59,490 nucleotides of DNA from a virus. Lineage: Duplodnaviria; Caudoviricetes. This document shows, piece by piece, positions 45,390 through 52,814 of the stretch. Location of the stretch: positions 1 to 59,490 of the IMG/VR virus record IMGVR_UViG_3300023093_000001. One strand, 5' to 3'. Made by a program: the position numbers and the translations under genes. Every line of letters starts with the position of its first letter. Positions within the stretch are counted from its first letter, which is position 1. Below the pieces are notes generated by a model, which was given only the letters and a program-made list of their open reading frames with translations, was not told where the DNA came from and did no database searches.

Positions 45390-46976
45390 TTAGTTGTTAC
45401 GGTGACGCTTGAAAATGAAGGCGAGAGCGCCCGCACAAATCAAAGCGATCGCTGCGTAGAAGAACCACGCGGCTTCCACTCCCGTTGAGGCAAGAATATC
45501 AGCCTTCTGGACAGCTACCGGAGTAACTGTCTGAGTGGGTTCGGGGCTTGCCGGAGTCACCACGGGAGTCGTGACAACCGGCGGGTCAGTCGGAACGACC
45601 ACAACAGGCGGCTTGGCGTACTTCAGGTCGAAGCAGTCGCCGTGAGCCGCAACGAGAGTCGCTCCGTCACCTTTGGCATAGGACGAACCAGTCTGCCAGT
45701 GGATGGAAGTGATCTTGTTGTGGGGGTAGGCAGCAGCGATCTCAGCGATGGTCTTGCCGAGGAATACATTTTTGCTGCCGACGTTCGCAACCGATGCCTG
45801 AGTGACATCGTGATCGGTGATGGAGAGGGAGTTGTAACCACCCAGTCCGTCGCCAGTCAGGTCCACAACGAACCGGAAGAAGATGCCGTTTCCGACAACG
45901 TCCTTATCGGTCCAGTTGATGCCGGTGAAGCCCTGCAGGTTGCCGTTGGTCGGGTAACCGAACTCCACCGGAGTCTTGTCACCCTGGCTCACGAACGACT
46001 TACCGTCTGCAATGTCCGCAGGAGCATGGTCATCCGACTCGGTGTAAGCACCACCGACGAACGTGCACTTCTCGCTTGCAACCGGAGGAGCGACGTAGCA
46101 AGGCGCCGAAGCATCCTCACTCTGTGTCACACCAGTTGCAGGAAGAACAACGAGCGTCTGCTTGAGCATCCCAACGACCTTGGTTCCCTTGGGATACTTC
46201 GGATCGAAACCGGGGCCAACCTTCTGTACGGTTGCAACGTACGTACCCGGTCCAGTGTAGGCCTTGTCCAGGTAGACACGAGCGCCATCCAGCTCCCACC
46301 CGTTCGGGTTCTGAGCAGGTGTTCCCTTGGTGAACGGGATGTAGCCGTCGGTGTCACAAGTGGGTCCTGTGACGGGCAACGGGCCGATCTCGATCGTAGT
46401 GACGGTGCAGGCGGGAGTGGTGAAGACGTTGTAGAGCTGACCAGAAGCCGGCCAGGACTCGTCTCCTCCGTTGAGAACACCCTTGGTCACCAGAGCGGTC
46501 GTCTTCGCGTCATCGGCGTAGAGATCGAACTGGTAGGTCGTCCCACACTTGACCCCGAAGGAATCGAACTGGTGAACGTCCGTAGAGGTGGTCAGGCCGT
46601 CGTGCACGAGCTTCTGGGGGAACTTAGGCTGCAAGTTGAGCGCCGCCTCCCAGAGGACCCCATGATACGTCACGACCGGAGCGACTACGACGGGTGCCGT
46701 TTTCTGCTCCACGACCGGCTCCGTGGACTCCGGCGTAGCCTCTGTGAGTTGGGGTGAAACCTGGGTGTCGCTCGTCGTAGAGGACGGACCAGGCGTGCTG
46801 AATGCCTCCTCGGCGACCTCGACTGTAGTCGTCTGCTCGACGGTAGGGGTCTCGGTGACGACCTGCTCCGCTGTACTTGGCGTGCCGACCTCGTCTGCTG
46901 TGGCGGGGCCGGCCAGTGCTAAACCCCCGAACCCGAGGGCCAATACTAGTGGTACACTTGCAAAGATCTTTTTCAT
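45390..46976 (-). CDS. Secreted, sortase-anchored (LASTG) cell-surface protein
   Basis: Signal peptide (..PATA/DE), Pro/Thr-rich stalks, LASTG + TM + basic tail KRHR. Confidence 0.8.
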   Translation of the reverse strand: MKKIFASVPLVLALGFGGLALAGPATADEVGTPSTAEQVVTETPTVEQTTTVEVAEEAFSTPGPSSTTSDTQVSPQLTEATPESTEPVVEQKTAPVVVAPVVTYHGVLWEAALNLQPKFPQKLVHDGLTTSTDVHQFDSFGVKCGTTYQFDLYADDAKTTALVTKGVLNGGDESWPASGQLYNVFTTPACTVTTIEIGPLPVTGPTCDTDGYIPFTKGTPAQNPNGWELDGARVYLDKAYTGPGTYVATVQKVGPGFDPKYPKGTKVVGMLKQTLVVLPATGVTQSEDASAPCYVAPPVASEKCTFVGGAYTESDDHAPADIADGKSFVSQGDKTPVEFGYPTNGNLQGFTGINWTDKDVVGNGIFFRFVVDLTGDGLGGYNSLSITDHDVTQASVANVGSKNVFLGKTIAEIAAAYPHNKITSIHWQTGSSYAKGDGATLVAAHGDCFDLKYAKPPVVVVPTDPPVVTTPVVTPASPEPTQTVTPVAVQKADILASTGVEAAWFFYAAIALICAGALAFIFKRHRNN

Positions 46977-47000
46977 CAGTTTTTCTCCTTGTTTGTTGTG

Positions 47001-47318
47001 TTACGGTTGAGTGGAAGTTACTTCTTGAAGAGCCAGGCCCATGAACTTGAGGATGGGAGATCCAGGGCTTCTCCGAAGATGGGTGATTCGGCACCAGCGC
47101 TGAGTTTCGATCACGGACATCCAAGAGTAATCCTCATCGGTAAGGCCCTCAATGCTCTTTGACATAATGTTGTCCTCAAAGAGAACGATCATCCCATCCT
47201 TGAGATTTTCACCGTAGACGATGTCTTCTGTTTTCGGATTCATGACAAACGTTCTGTCAACGAGGTCGGCCGGGATTTCGAGGAGGCTCATTTCTTCTTC
47301 AAGCTCAGTTTCAGTCAT
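47001..47318 (-). CDS. Hypothetical protein
   Basis: Conserved RBS. Confidence 0.6.
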   Translation of the reverse strand: MTETELEEEMSLLEIPADLVDRTFVMNPKTEDIVYGENLKDGMIVLFEDNIMSKSIEGLTDEDYSWMSVIETQRWCRITHLRRSPGSPILKFMGLALQEVTSTQP

Positions 47319-47448
47319 CAGTTTTTCTCCTTGTTTGGGTGTCAGAATGCAAAAAAGTAATAACACGTGGGTTGCTATGCTAGTCTTCCTTTAATGGCGA
47401 TTCGAGGCTTTGAATCGTTCAGAGTAGCGCCATGGTGAGATGGCATAC

Positions 47449-47478
47449 GTGTCACTATAAGCGGTGTAATTCTTGCGA
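47449..47478 (-). promoter_or_regulatory. Phage promoter motif copy 5
   Basis: TCGCA AGAAT TACA CCGC TTATAGTG. Confidence 0.8.
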
Positions 47479-47483
47479 GGGTT

Positions 47484-47735
47484 CTAATCCAGGTTGTTTT
47501 CGCGGAATATGAGGTAAGCGTCGATATCTCTGGCGAGTTCTGGATCCATGTCCAAAGCGCCATGAGCGGCGTACTGAGCCATCAAAGTCCGAGTCATGAT
47601 CTTCGACCAAGAGGACATTCGACGGCGATAGTCCTCCAGTCGGTTGATCTTGGCCTGCTGGTCGGCGATAACGGCAGTCGCAACCGGAATATAGATGAAT
47701 GCGGCAACTACTACGATGGTTTTGAGCTTATCCAT
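47484..47735 (-). CDS. Membrane-anchored protein
   Basis: N-terminal TM. Confidence 0.65.
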   Translation of the reverse strand: MDKLKTIVVVAAFIYIPVATAVIADQQAKINRLEDYRRRMSSWSKIMTRTLMAQYAAHGALDMDPELARDIDAYLIFRENNLD

Positions 47736-47932
47736 TAGATCTCCTTAATCTCAAGATACGGGTAGTCCTCGCGGAACTGTCGTTCGGGCATAATCTGCCA
47801 CTTCCAATGGTTCGCGATCGAAGAGAATACGACCCATCCAATATTGGCATTCATCACCACGTAGCCGTAGCCACAGATGATACCCAAAGTGTGAGCATTA
47901 GACGGGGTAATTCGGTATGCGTATTCGTGCAA
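47735..47932 (-). CDS. Hypothetical protein
   Basis: AGGAG RBS, TTG start. Confidence 0.55.
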   Translation of the reverse strand: MHEYAYRITPSNAHTLGIICGYGYVVMNANIGWVVFSSIANHWKWQIMPERQFREDYPYLEIKEI

Positions 47933-47950
47933 GATATGGCTCCTAAAATG

Positions 47951-47983
47951 AAAACCTAAAGCCCGGGTTAGGGGCTGTTAGGT
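47951..47983 (-). terminator. Terminator
   Basis: Minus strand acctaacagccc..gggctttaggtttt. Confidence 0.65.
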
Positions 47984-47987
47984 GAGA

Positions 47988-48152
47988 CTACTTTACGTTG
48001 ATAAAGGCTTTTTCGGGGAGGACGAATATGTTCTCTTCGATAAGACGCTTCTTCTCCTTGTGCTTGGTGATCTGTCCGTCGATGATGCGGGGGACATAGT
48101 AGCAAGCCATTGAGATGGCGACGTTAACGAGGAGCTTCTGAGTCGAGTTCAT
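47988..48152 (-). CDS. Small cassette protein (MNSTQKLL...)
   Basis: AAGGA RBS just downstream of promoter copy 6. Confidence 0.6.
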   Translation of the reverse strand: MNSTQKLLVNVAISMACYYVPRIIDGQITKHKEKKRLIEENIFVLPEKAFINVK

Positions 48153-48173
48153 GAGATTCCTTAGGTTAGTGTG

Positions 48174-48204
48174 GGTGTCACTATAGCCTGTGTAATTCAT
48201 GCGA
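48174..48204 (-). promoter_or_regulatory. Phage promoter motif copy 6
   Basis: TCGCA TGAAT TACA CAGG CTATAGTG. Confidence 0.8.
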
Positions 48205-48246
48205 TTGTTTTGCCAAATATCCAACCCGGGGAATTTTTCAGATTGC

Positions 48247-48292
48247 AAAACCTAAATCCTTTGTGGGATTACCGTGAGGATTTAGGTTTTTT
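48247..48292 (-). terminator. Terminator
   Basis: aaaacctaaatcct / aggatttaggtttt. Confidence 0.75.
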
Positions 48293-48295
48293 GAC

Positions 48296-48592
48296 CTACA
48301 GTTTGATCAGATAGTCAGATGTCATTTCTTCTTCGGTGATGGCGAGGCTTCCACCATTCACTTCGATCAAGGTGTTGATGAGCTTGGCGAAGTTACTGTA
48401 AGCGGCCTGCTCTTCTTCAGTCCAAGTAATAAACAGAGGCTCTACGCCGGTCCATTGCTGGCCGGTTTTGCGCATGTGAAGTTTCTGGGCTTCGAAGAAC
48501 GCGGATTGCGCTCGATTGTAATTCGCAGCAAGGTCATCGTCGAGAACGAGGTGAAGTTGGCTGCCACACCAAGAGTAAGTTGATTGAGTCAT
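48296..48592 (-). CDS. Cassette protein (MTQSTYSW...)
   Basis: AAAGGA RBS downstream of promoter copy 7. Confidence 0.65.
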   Translation of the reverse strand: MTQSTYSWCGSQLHLVLDDDLAANYNRAQSAFFEAQKLHMRKTGQQWTGVEPLFITWTEEEQAAYSNFAKLINTLIEVNGGSLAITEEEMTSDYLIKL

Positions 48593-48613
48593 TGTATGAT
48601 TCCTTTTCAGAGT

Positions 48614-48645
48614 GGGTGTCATTATAACCCGTGTAAACTCTGCGA
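48614..48645 (-). promoter_or_regulatory. Phage promoter motif copy 7
   Basis: TCGCA GAGTT TACA CGGG TTATAATG. Confidence 0.8.
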
Positions 48646-48661
48646 AAGTGATACAAGAGGC

Positions 48662-48708
48662 AAAAACTAAAAGCCATGTTTCCCGTGAGGGTTGATGGCT
48701 TTTAGCTT
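48662..48708 (-). terminator. Terminator
   Basis: ctaaaagccat / atggcttttag plus U-tract. Confidence 0.7.
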
Positions 48709-48735
48709 AGATACTGCTGTTAAGTTGTAGTGTGT

Positions 48736-49038
48736 TTAGCGGATGAGCTTGGGTAGGAAGCTGAACGCTTTCGATGTGATGACGTTGAGCTGTTCGTGTC
48801 GGGTGATCATCAGGATACTGAGAATAGTCAGACCGCCATTCAGGAGCGTATCTGCGGACGGCTTGAACGCCGAAGACTTTTTGTCTTGGTGTTGTAGGTC
48901 GCACACAGTTTTGAGCTGCTGGATGAGGACTTCGTATTCTGTAGTACCCGGAGTGGTGTTTCCGAGTTCGGACAGGATGGCGTTTCTTACATCAGTAAGC
49001 GTAGAGGTTTCTGCGTCAATCTTTTTGGCAAATAGCAC
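48736..49038 (-). CDS. Cassette protein with a C-terminal hydrophobic segment
   Basis: GAAAGGA RBS downstream of promoter copy 8. Confidence 0.65.
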   Translation of the reverse strand: MLFAKKIDAETSTLTDVRNAILSELGNTTPGTTEYEVLIQQLKTVCDLQHQDKKSSAFKPSADTLLNGGLTILSILMITRHEQLNVITSKAFSFLPKLIR

Positions 49039-49055
49039 GCGAGTTTCCTTTCAGA

Positions 49056-49086
49056 GGTGTCACTATAACGCGTGTATTTACTGCGA
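49056..49086 (-). promoter_or_regulatory. Phage promoter motif copy 8
   Basis: TCGCA GTAAA TACA CGCG TTATAGTG. Confidence 0.8.
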
Positions 49087-49095
49087 GGCCGCCAT

Positions 49096-49494
49096 TTACG
49101 GGTTTACCTGGATCGTGACACTCTTCTTCTTGGCGAGCTCTTCCGGCGTGATGTTCGGCAATGCGAGCTTGCTCAGAACGACACTATCGCCCTGAATGTG
49201 CGCATCCAGCGAACCATCCGCGCCGTTCTTCTGGAAGTTGCTGTTCGAGATCCCCAGAGTGACGCCGAGGAAGGTCGAAACGAGCCCGATGCCACCGACG
49301 ACCTGAGCAACGAAAGCCCAGCCGAAGAGAAGTGCACCGCCAGAATATAGCGTGGCCAAGGCCGGTGCCAGGATCAGCACGAGCCATTTGATGTTGTTGT
49401 ACGCCTTGCTCGAGAGCACGAGGCCGGTCGAGGTGGTGTACGGAGTGTCCACAGCTTCGTGCTTCGGACCCTCATCAGGGGTGTTGTTTGTCAT
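49096..49494 (-). CDS. Holin (Dp-1-like)
   Basis: S.K.Y..IKW.....PALATLY, TFLG..LGIS; two TMs. Confidence 0.8.
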   Translation of the reverse strand: MTNNTPDEGPKHEAVDTPYTTSTGLVLSSKAYNNIKWLVLILAPALATLYSGGALLFGWAFVAQVVGGIGLVSTFLGVTLGISNSNFQKNGADGSLDAHIQGDSVVLSKLALPNITPEELAKKKSVTIQVNP

Positions 49495-49508
49495 TTCATT
49501 CTCCTTTG

Positions 49509-50324
49509 TTAGCCGCCACGTTTCCATACACCAGCGTCCTTAACGAACACGGATATGGCTGTCCATACGCCGGCGACCTTGACGTATGGCACTGTTCTTT
49601 TCCAAGCCCCAAGGTACTTCGTCCACATACCCGAGAGAGTACGTACGACAGCTGCACCTGAGGCAGATGAATATCCTTCCGCAGACCCGTTGTGGGCATA
49701 CACGACGAATCGGTATTGCTTGCCTGGGGTAAGGCCCGTGACGATGCGCGAAGTGTTGTTCACCTGCGAAACGTCCGTATAGGCGCCTGTGCCCTCGGCA
49801 TTGGGCCAGTATCGGAGCAAATATGAATCGATCCCTGCTCCGCCATTGTCTGCAGAACCCGCCCAGGACACCACTACGGACGTCGGAAGGACCGACGAGA
49901 ATGTGGGTGTTCCTGGAGGAGAGGCTTTCTTTGGAATCCTGGGGAATCCGCCCAAATATGCTGTCTGGACGTTGTTATGCCACCCAGAGACTGTCTGCCT
50001 AAGGGTTACACCACCTTGATTACCTGCGGCATCGTGCCCAACGCCAAGATCCACAGCCTGATCCCAACGAAGTCCATTCTGCGGGACTCCGGAGGGCAGG
50101 GTGCCAGTACGTTGTGTCTGACCAACACCGTCGATTGCGGCTGTGTGAGCTCCCTGGTTGTTTGAGAATGATCCGGTACTACCACTAGGACCATTCCAAC
50201 AGGTAGCACTCACGCGAATAACCGAGTAGTTACCTGCCTGCGACTGAGCCACAAGATCGGCGCCCTCGGCGTACACGGTGGATGGTGAACTACCTGTAAA
50301 TGCAATCCTAGTGGTTTGGGCCAT
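49509..50324 (-). CDS. Minor tail protein with an FN3 domain
   Basis: PRIP, then FN3 (VSW....DNGG..I..Y, GLTPG..Y.F.V.A.N). Confidence 0.75.
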   Translation of the reverse strand: MAQTTRIAFTGSSPSTVYAEGADLVAQSQAGNYSVIRVSATCWNGPSGSTGSFSNNQGAHTAAIDGVGQTQRTGTLPSGVPQNGLRWDQAVDLGVGHDAAGNQGGVTLRQTVSGWHNNVQTAYLGGFPRIPKKASPPGTPTFSSVLPTSVVVSWAGSADNGGAGIDSYLLRYWPNAEGTGAYTDVSQVNNTSRIVTGLTPGKQYRFVVYAHNGSAEGYSSASGAAVVRTLSGMWTKYLGAWKRTVPYVKVAGVWTAISVFVKDAGVWKRGG

Positions 50325-50569
50325 TAGGTCAGAATCTTCAGATAAATATCACCATCAGCGCCAACTGCATTGTCTGGGTCGGCCGTACCTTTCGTGATAC
50401 CAGCAGCTGCTTGATACCCTAGGTGGCCAGTAGGCTGAGAAAGAAGCACCTGAGCTACGAAATCTCTGGTGCGGTTGATCTCTCGAGCCCCCCATTTGAC
50501 CTTGCCGTCTTCACCGGTGTCTGGGACTAGCGGATAGTTCGCATCGGTTGCGTCGTCTCCAACAGCCAT
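50324..50569 (-). CDS. Small minor tail protein
   Basis: GA.EIN.TRD, GTADP...G.DGDIY. Confidence 0.6.
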   Translation of the reverse strand: MAVGDDATDANYPLVPDTGEDGKVKWGAREINRTRDFVAQVLLSQPTGHLGYQAAAGITKGTADPDNAVGADGDIYLKILT

Positions 50570-50583
50570 GTGTTAGCCCCTTT

Positions 50584-51993
50584 CTAGGACGTAGACCACA
50601 CGCCTGGTGCATCCTGCCAGACCTGAGAGTTCTCCCAAGCCAGCCAAGATCCAGGTGTGATGAATCGTTTGATGGTAAGCGTCGGATATGCGCTCTCGCC
50701 TGACTCGTCTGCCGTAAATATCTGCTCCGTGACAAGCATCTGGTTAGTTAGACCAGTACTGTTACGCATCTCAACGAGATCGCCCAGATCGTAGTCTCTA
50801 CGGTACTTGTAGGGACTCAACTGAGTGATCTTGCCGTCAAAGGCAGATATAGAACGGTTCTTAGCTAGCTCTTGTGTGCCCTTCTGAGCAAGCGCAGCAT
50901 CCATTGCCGCACTCTCAGCAGCCTCCAACGCAGACGAAGCTGTTACAGCCGCATCGATGTTGGTCTTGTCAGCGGCAACCAATCCGCCTGCAGTTACCTG
51001 AGCGGTCGTGAACGCAGTAATAAGAGCAGCCTCACCAGTGGCGAAGCGTTTCTTATCAATCAACTTCTTCATCGCGTCCTTCTGCGGGTCTAGCGCTGCA
51101 GGTAGGGCGATGGCTTTGTTGATAGCCGTTTCTTGTACTGTTGAGAGGGTGTTGGTACGGTCTGCGTACTGAATATCGGTTGCACTGACATAAAGCACAC
51201 GGCGTCCGAAGCCAGTTGTGGTATCGCTTGCGCCATCGCCGTAGACGGTGACATTACGGTCGATACCAACGACAACGGCAACGTTCTTGGACTTGGCCAC
51301 CGAAGTGAGCTCTGACACGCTCTGCAGTGAGTCCAGATCCTCCGAGAATATGACTGGAGGAAGGACCGTCTGAGAGCTTGTACGGTCGTTGCCCTTGTAG
51401 ACATCGAAGTACAACTTGCTGGTGTCCAGCCCCTTGTAGAGGCGGAACCCCAGGTCAAATATGTCTGCGAGCTCCTTCATCACGTCGTACAGAGGTCCAT
51501 AAGGGCGCTCAATCGTGTAGATGGTGTCGTCAAACGGAATGTTGCCGGCTGCGTGTAAGCTGCCTACCTCAAGTAAAGGAATGGCATCCACAGGGAGCGC
51601 TGATCCAGAACGACAAGCGTAATCGAACAGCGCTCCCATGATTTCATGAGCCTTACCAGTCTCCGACCAAGTGTTTGGTTGGGTCCCCTTCTTCGGATAT
51701 GAGAGAGTTGTGCGGTCGTTAGTGACGTCCGTGACTTCCTTACCCGTGAGCTCAATCTTCTTGCTACCATCATCAGCCTCAGCGTCACTGACAGTTTCGA
51801 TCTTCATCACACGTTCTGACTCCGACAGACCCAGCAACGTACCCGCGGGAAGCAGGTTACGATTCTGTGTGGTCGAGGCCATGATGATCTGAATATCGCC
51901 GTTATCCTGCTGACGCTCAGTCCAGATAAAGGACTCGTACCCTTCGACAAGCTCCGTGCGCCTAAGAAGGCCATCGAGCGTGTACAACTCCAT
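50584..51993 (-). CDS. Minor tail protein (Tal / ReqiPepy6 gp37-like)
   Basis: YES.IWTER....G, Y.Y.RDY.LGD.V; follows Dit. Confidence 0.8.
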   Translation of the reverse strand: MELYTLDGLLRRTELVEGYESFIWTERQQDNGDIQIIMASTTQNRNLLPAGTLLGLSESERVMKIETVSDAEADDGSKKIELTGKEVTDVTNDRTTLSYPKKGTQPNTWSETGKAHEIMGALFDYACRSGSALPVDAIPLLEVGSLHAAGNIPFDDTIYTIERPYGPLYDVMKELADIFDLGFRLYKGLDTSKLYFDVYKGNDRTSSQTVLPPVIFSEDLDSLQSVSELTSVAKSKNVAVVVGIDRNVTVYGDGASDTTTGFGRRVLYVSATDIQYADRTNTLSTVQETAINKAIALPAALDPQKDAMKKLIDKKRFATGEAALITAFTTAQVTAGGLVAADKTNIDAAVTASSALEAAESAAMDAALAQKGTQELAKNRSISAFDGKITQLSPYKYRRDYDLGDLVEMRNSTGLTNQMLVTEQIFTADESGESAYPTLTIKRFITPGSWLAWENSQVWQDAPGVWSTS

Positions 51994-52814
51994 TAAAGCC
52001 CTCCGTATTTGTTGGCGTAGGTAAATGTAAAGGGCACTGCTCCACCTGTTGCCGCCACACGAAGTTTGTTCACCCCCGGATAGAGGTTCAACCACTGTGA
52101 ATATGGCGAGATTCCGTACAAGACCGACCCCGTGGCGCCACCCCGTGTGAGACGAGCACTCTTGTTGAGGTTGACACTATTGATCTCCAGAATATCGCCG
52201 TTTTGCAGCGGGAAGACAAAGTCCTGTGTCTGGACTGAATCATCTGGAAGTCGGTTGATGATGCTGAAACCACCCATATCCCGGTTAGGTAGGATGCGAA
52301 ACAGTCCACCGGTCTCGATCGATCCATCGTAGGTTCTCTGCAGTTCGGTAGTGCCCGAAGTTGTGTTACCCCCGAACTGCAGAGTGTCTAGACCAACGAA
52401 GCTGGATTTGGCACAGAGGATGGAGATTGTTGCGTTTGGATCCTTGGTGAAGAGGGGCGCGTTCATCTTCTCAACGCGCCCCACAATTTCAACCGTCGGC
52501 ATGTCATCCGAGTAGAACCGCAAGCGCACCTGCGACTTAGGCATGAAGAAGCCGTAAAGACGGTCCCTCAGCTTCTTAATCGTAGTGTTGGCGTAGTCTG
52601 GCTGGTACCCCAGTTGAAGGATGATGTTACGCTTGACGCGTTTTGAGGATTGCTCCTGCTCATCATCCTGGTTCGCCATACTCGAGTATACGAGCGTGGC
52701 GTCAACTGGGTCCAAACCATCCACATTTTGAATGTACAGACCCTCCGTCGGATCGAACATCGGAAGAGACAGTACGAGTCCGCGATCTGTTCGCACTTCA
52801 ATGAGATTGATCAC
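51993..52814 (-). CDS. Distal tail protein (Dit)
   Basis: Directly after the TMP; W..L.PG.N. Confidence 0.75.
   Translation of the reverse strand: MINLIEVRTDRGLVLSLPMFDPTEGLYIQNVDGLDPVDATLVYSSMANQDDEQEQSSKRVKRNIILQLGYQPDYANTTIKKLRDRLYGFFMPKSQVRLRFYSDDMPTVEIVGRVEKMNAPLFTKDPNATISILCAKSSFVGLDTLQFGGNTTSGTTELQRTYDGSIETGGLFRILPNRDMGGFSIINRLPDDSVQTQDFVFPLQNGDILEINSVNLNKSARLTRGGATGSVLYGISPYSQWLNLYPGVNKLRVAATGGAVPFTFTYANKYGGL

Noticed and set aside
47449-49086. Promoter repeats as a CRISPR array
   Set aside because: Repeats are degenerate and irregularly spaced by hundreds of bases with genes between them; no cas operon
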